A stretch of DNA of 64,000 bases from positions 39,618,001-39,682,000 of the forward strand of contig OZ024746.1 in NCBI GenBank assembly GCA_964016885.1. Direction: 5' to 3'. Source of the DNA: Eledone cirrhosa. Its lineage: Eukaryota. Position 1 is the first letter of the stretch. Each line of letters starts with the position of its first letter. Shown here one piece after another: positions 62,653-64,000 of this stretch. Made by a program: the position numbers and the translations under genes. The notes beneath the pieces are model-generated. The model was not told where the DNA came from. It made no database searches and saw only the letters and a program-made list of their open reading frames with translations.

Positions 62653-63605
62653 TATCTCAAAGAAAAATACAGGGGTAGAGTACTCTTTAAGAAACCCAAA
62701 GCAAGAGGGCTCAACAAATATTTCCCTTACTGCAGTTTCACGAGCAAAGGGATAGAATTGACCATATTAATTAATTAAGACAGCTAGTTCTGCCAGTAAT
62801 ATAAGCGGTTCTATTGGCTTCTCACAACACAGCCAGATGTTACGACACTTGTCTCATCGGAGATGACTGACAAATACGAAATTTTGCGAGGAGTATAGCA
62901 CAGATTAGGAAAAGGAGAATGGGAACGATGAAATGGGGAAAGAAAAGGGACTAATCGATGAAAGAAAGATTAGGTTTGGGAAGGAAAGGGATTGAAGAAG
63001 AGAAATTGAAAACTGAGAGGTTGAAGGAAGAGGGAAAACACGAGGGTGAAGGTGAGGTAGGGAGCTGCCGTAAAAAATAATAATAGTAAAAGGGTCTATT
63101 TTCGGAGAAATGATGAGGGTTTTAACATTACCACCTTTTTTACTATTAGTTTTATTTTCATTTTTTAACTACTTTTTAGGTTATAATTTTATTGTTATTT
63201 TATTTCGATTGTATTACATTTTTATTATTGTTATTGATGTTATTATCACCATCGTCATTATTATTACTACTACTACTACTACTACTACTACTCCTACTGC
63301 TACTACTACTCCTACTCCTACTACTACTCCTACTACTACTACTCCTACTACTACTAACTACCTTTCTTCCTAACCTTCTCTACTCATTACGTTCTTATGC
63401 TGACGTCACCAGTAATCCGAAAATAGTTGCCAGTGTTACTATTATTATTATGTTCACGGTACCACCCAACTCATCATTTTCTCTCTCTTTTATCCTCTTC
63501 TATTCTCACTCTCTATCACTTTTCAGCTTTTTTTCATTTCCGCTTTCTCCTCTCACTTCTCCTAATCCTGGTCACAATCTTCACTTCTTCTTTCACATTT
63601 TAAAC

Positions 63606-63669
<64 letters not shown>

Positions 63670-63713
63670 GTAGACAAAATTGACAAAGCAAACAACAGAG
63701 TATTACGAAGAAA

Positions 63714-63787
63714 TATCTTAGTTTAACGCTTGAAATAATAGGAAAAGTGTTTCAATGTTTCGGACACTAGTCCTTCATCAGAAGATA
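63714..63787 (-). ncRNA. Candidate hammerhead ribozyme
   Basis: Minus strand tatctt-CTGATGA-a-ggac-tagt-gtcc-GAAA-cattgaaa..tttcaagcGTT..aagata. Stems I and III are imperfect. Confidence 0.55.
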
Positions 63788-64000
63788 GAATGAGAAATAA
63801 AAAATGAAATTGAAAAATAAAGAATAAGAGGAAGGTAAGGAAAAAATAAGAAAAAAACCACACGTGCGTATACAGTCAGACATTTTGGACACGAGCGAGA
63901 GAGAAAGAGAGAGAGATGACATTCAAGAAATTCAACCTTCTCTGGTGATTAGTTTATAACATCAGGTCATGTAAGAAAACAATAAAAAAATTGGACTATA

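Noticed and set aside
63192-63683. Poly-Leu / poly-Thr ORFs
   Set aside because: Products of (ACT)n/(ATT)n trinucleotide repeats.

Overview
This is very AT-rich, microsatellite-dominated animal genomic DNA. The SINE families and repeat landscape suggest an octopus or other coleoid cephalopod (inference). There is one 200-N gap and no convincing host gene; almost all listed ORFs are translations of (TA)n/(CA)n/(GA)n repeats. Recognisable content: a 5'-truncated, pseudogenised Penelope-like retroelement (RT + GIY-YIG, Naiad-like) at ~13.1-16.8 kb, several RTE-type LINE fragments, many tRNA-derived SINEs, and DNA-transposon remnants/MITEs. The main hidden structure is a set of short elements from about 8 unrelated sequence families. 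Each sits between (TA)n runs, most carry a type I hammerhead ribozyme with a palindromic stem III, and many are fold-back insertions (long arm plus unique 30-180 bp tail, and an inverted short arm starting at a fixed internal position). One of these families is identical in type to the 3' end of the Penelope-like element, linking the system to PLE retrotransposition into TA microsatellites. All folds and alignments were done by eye.
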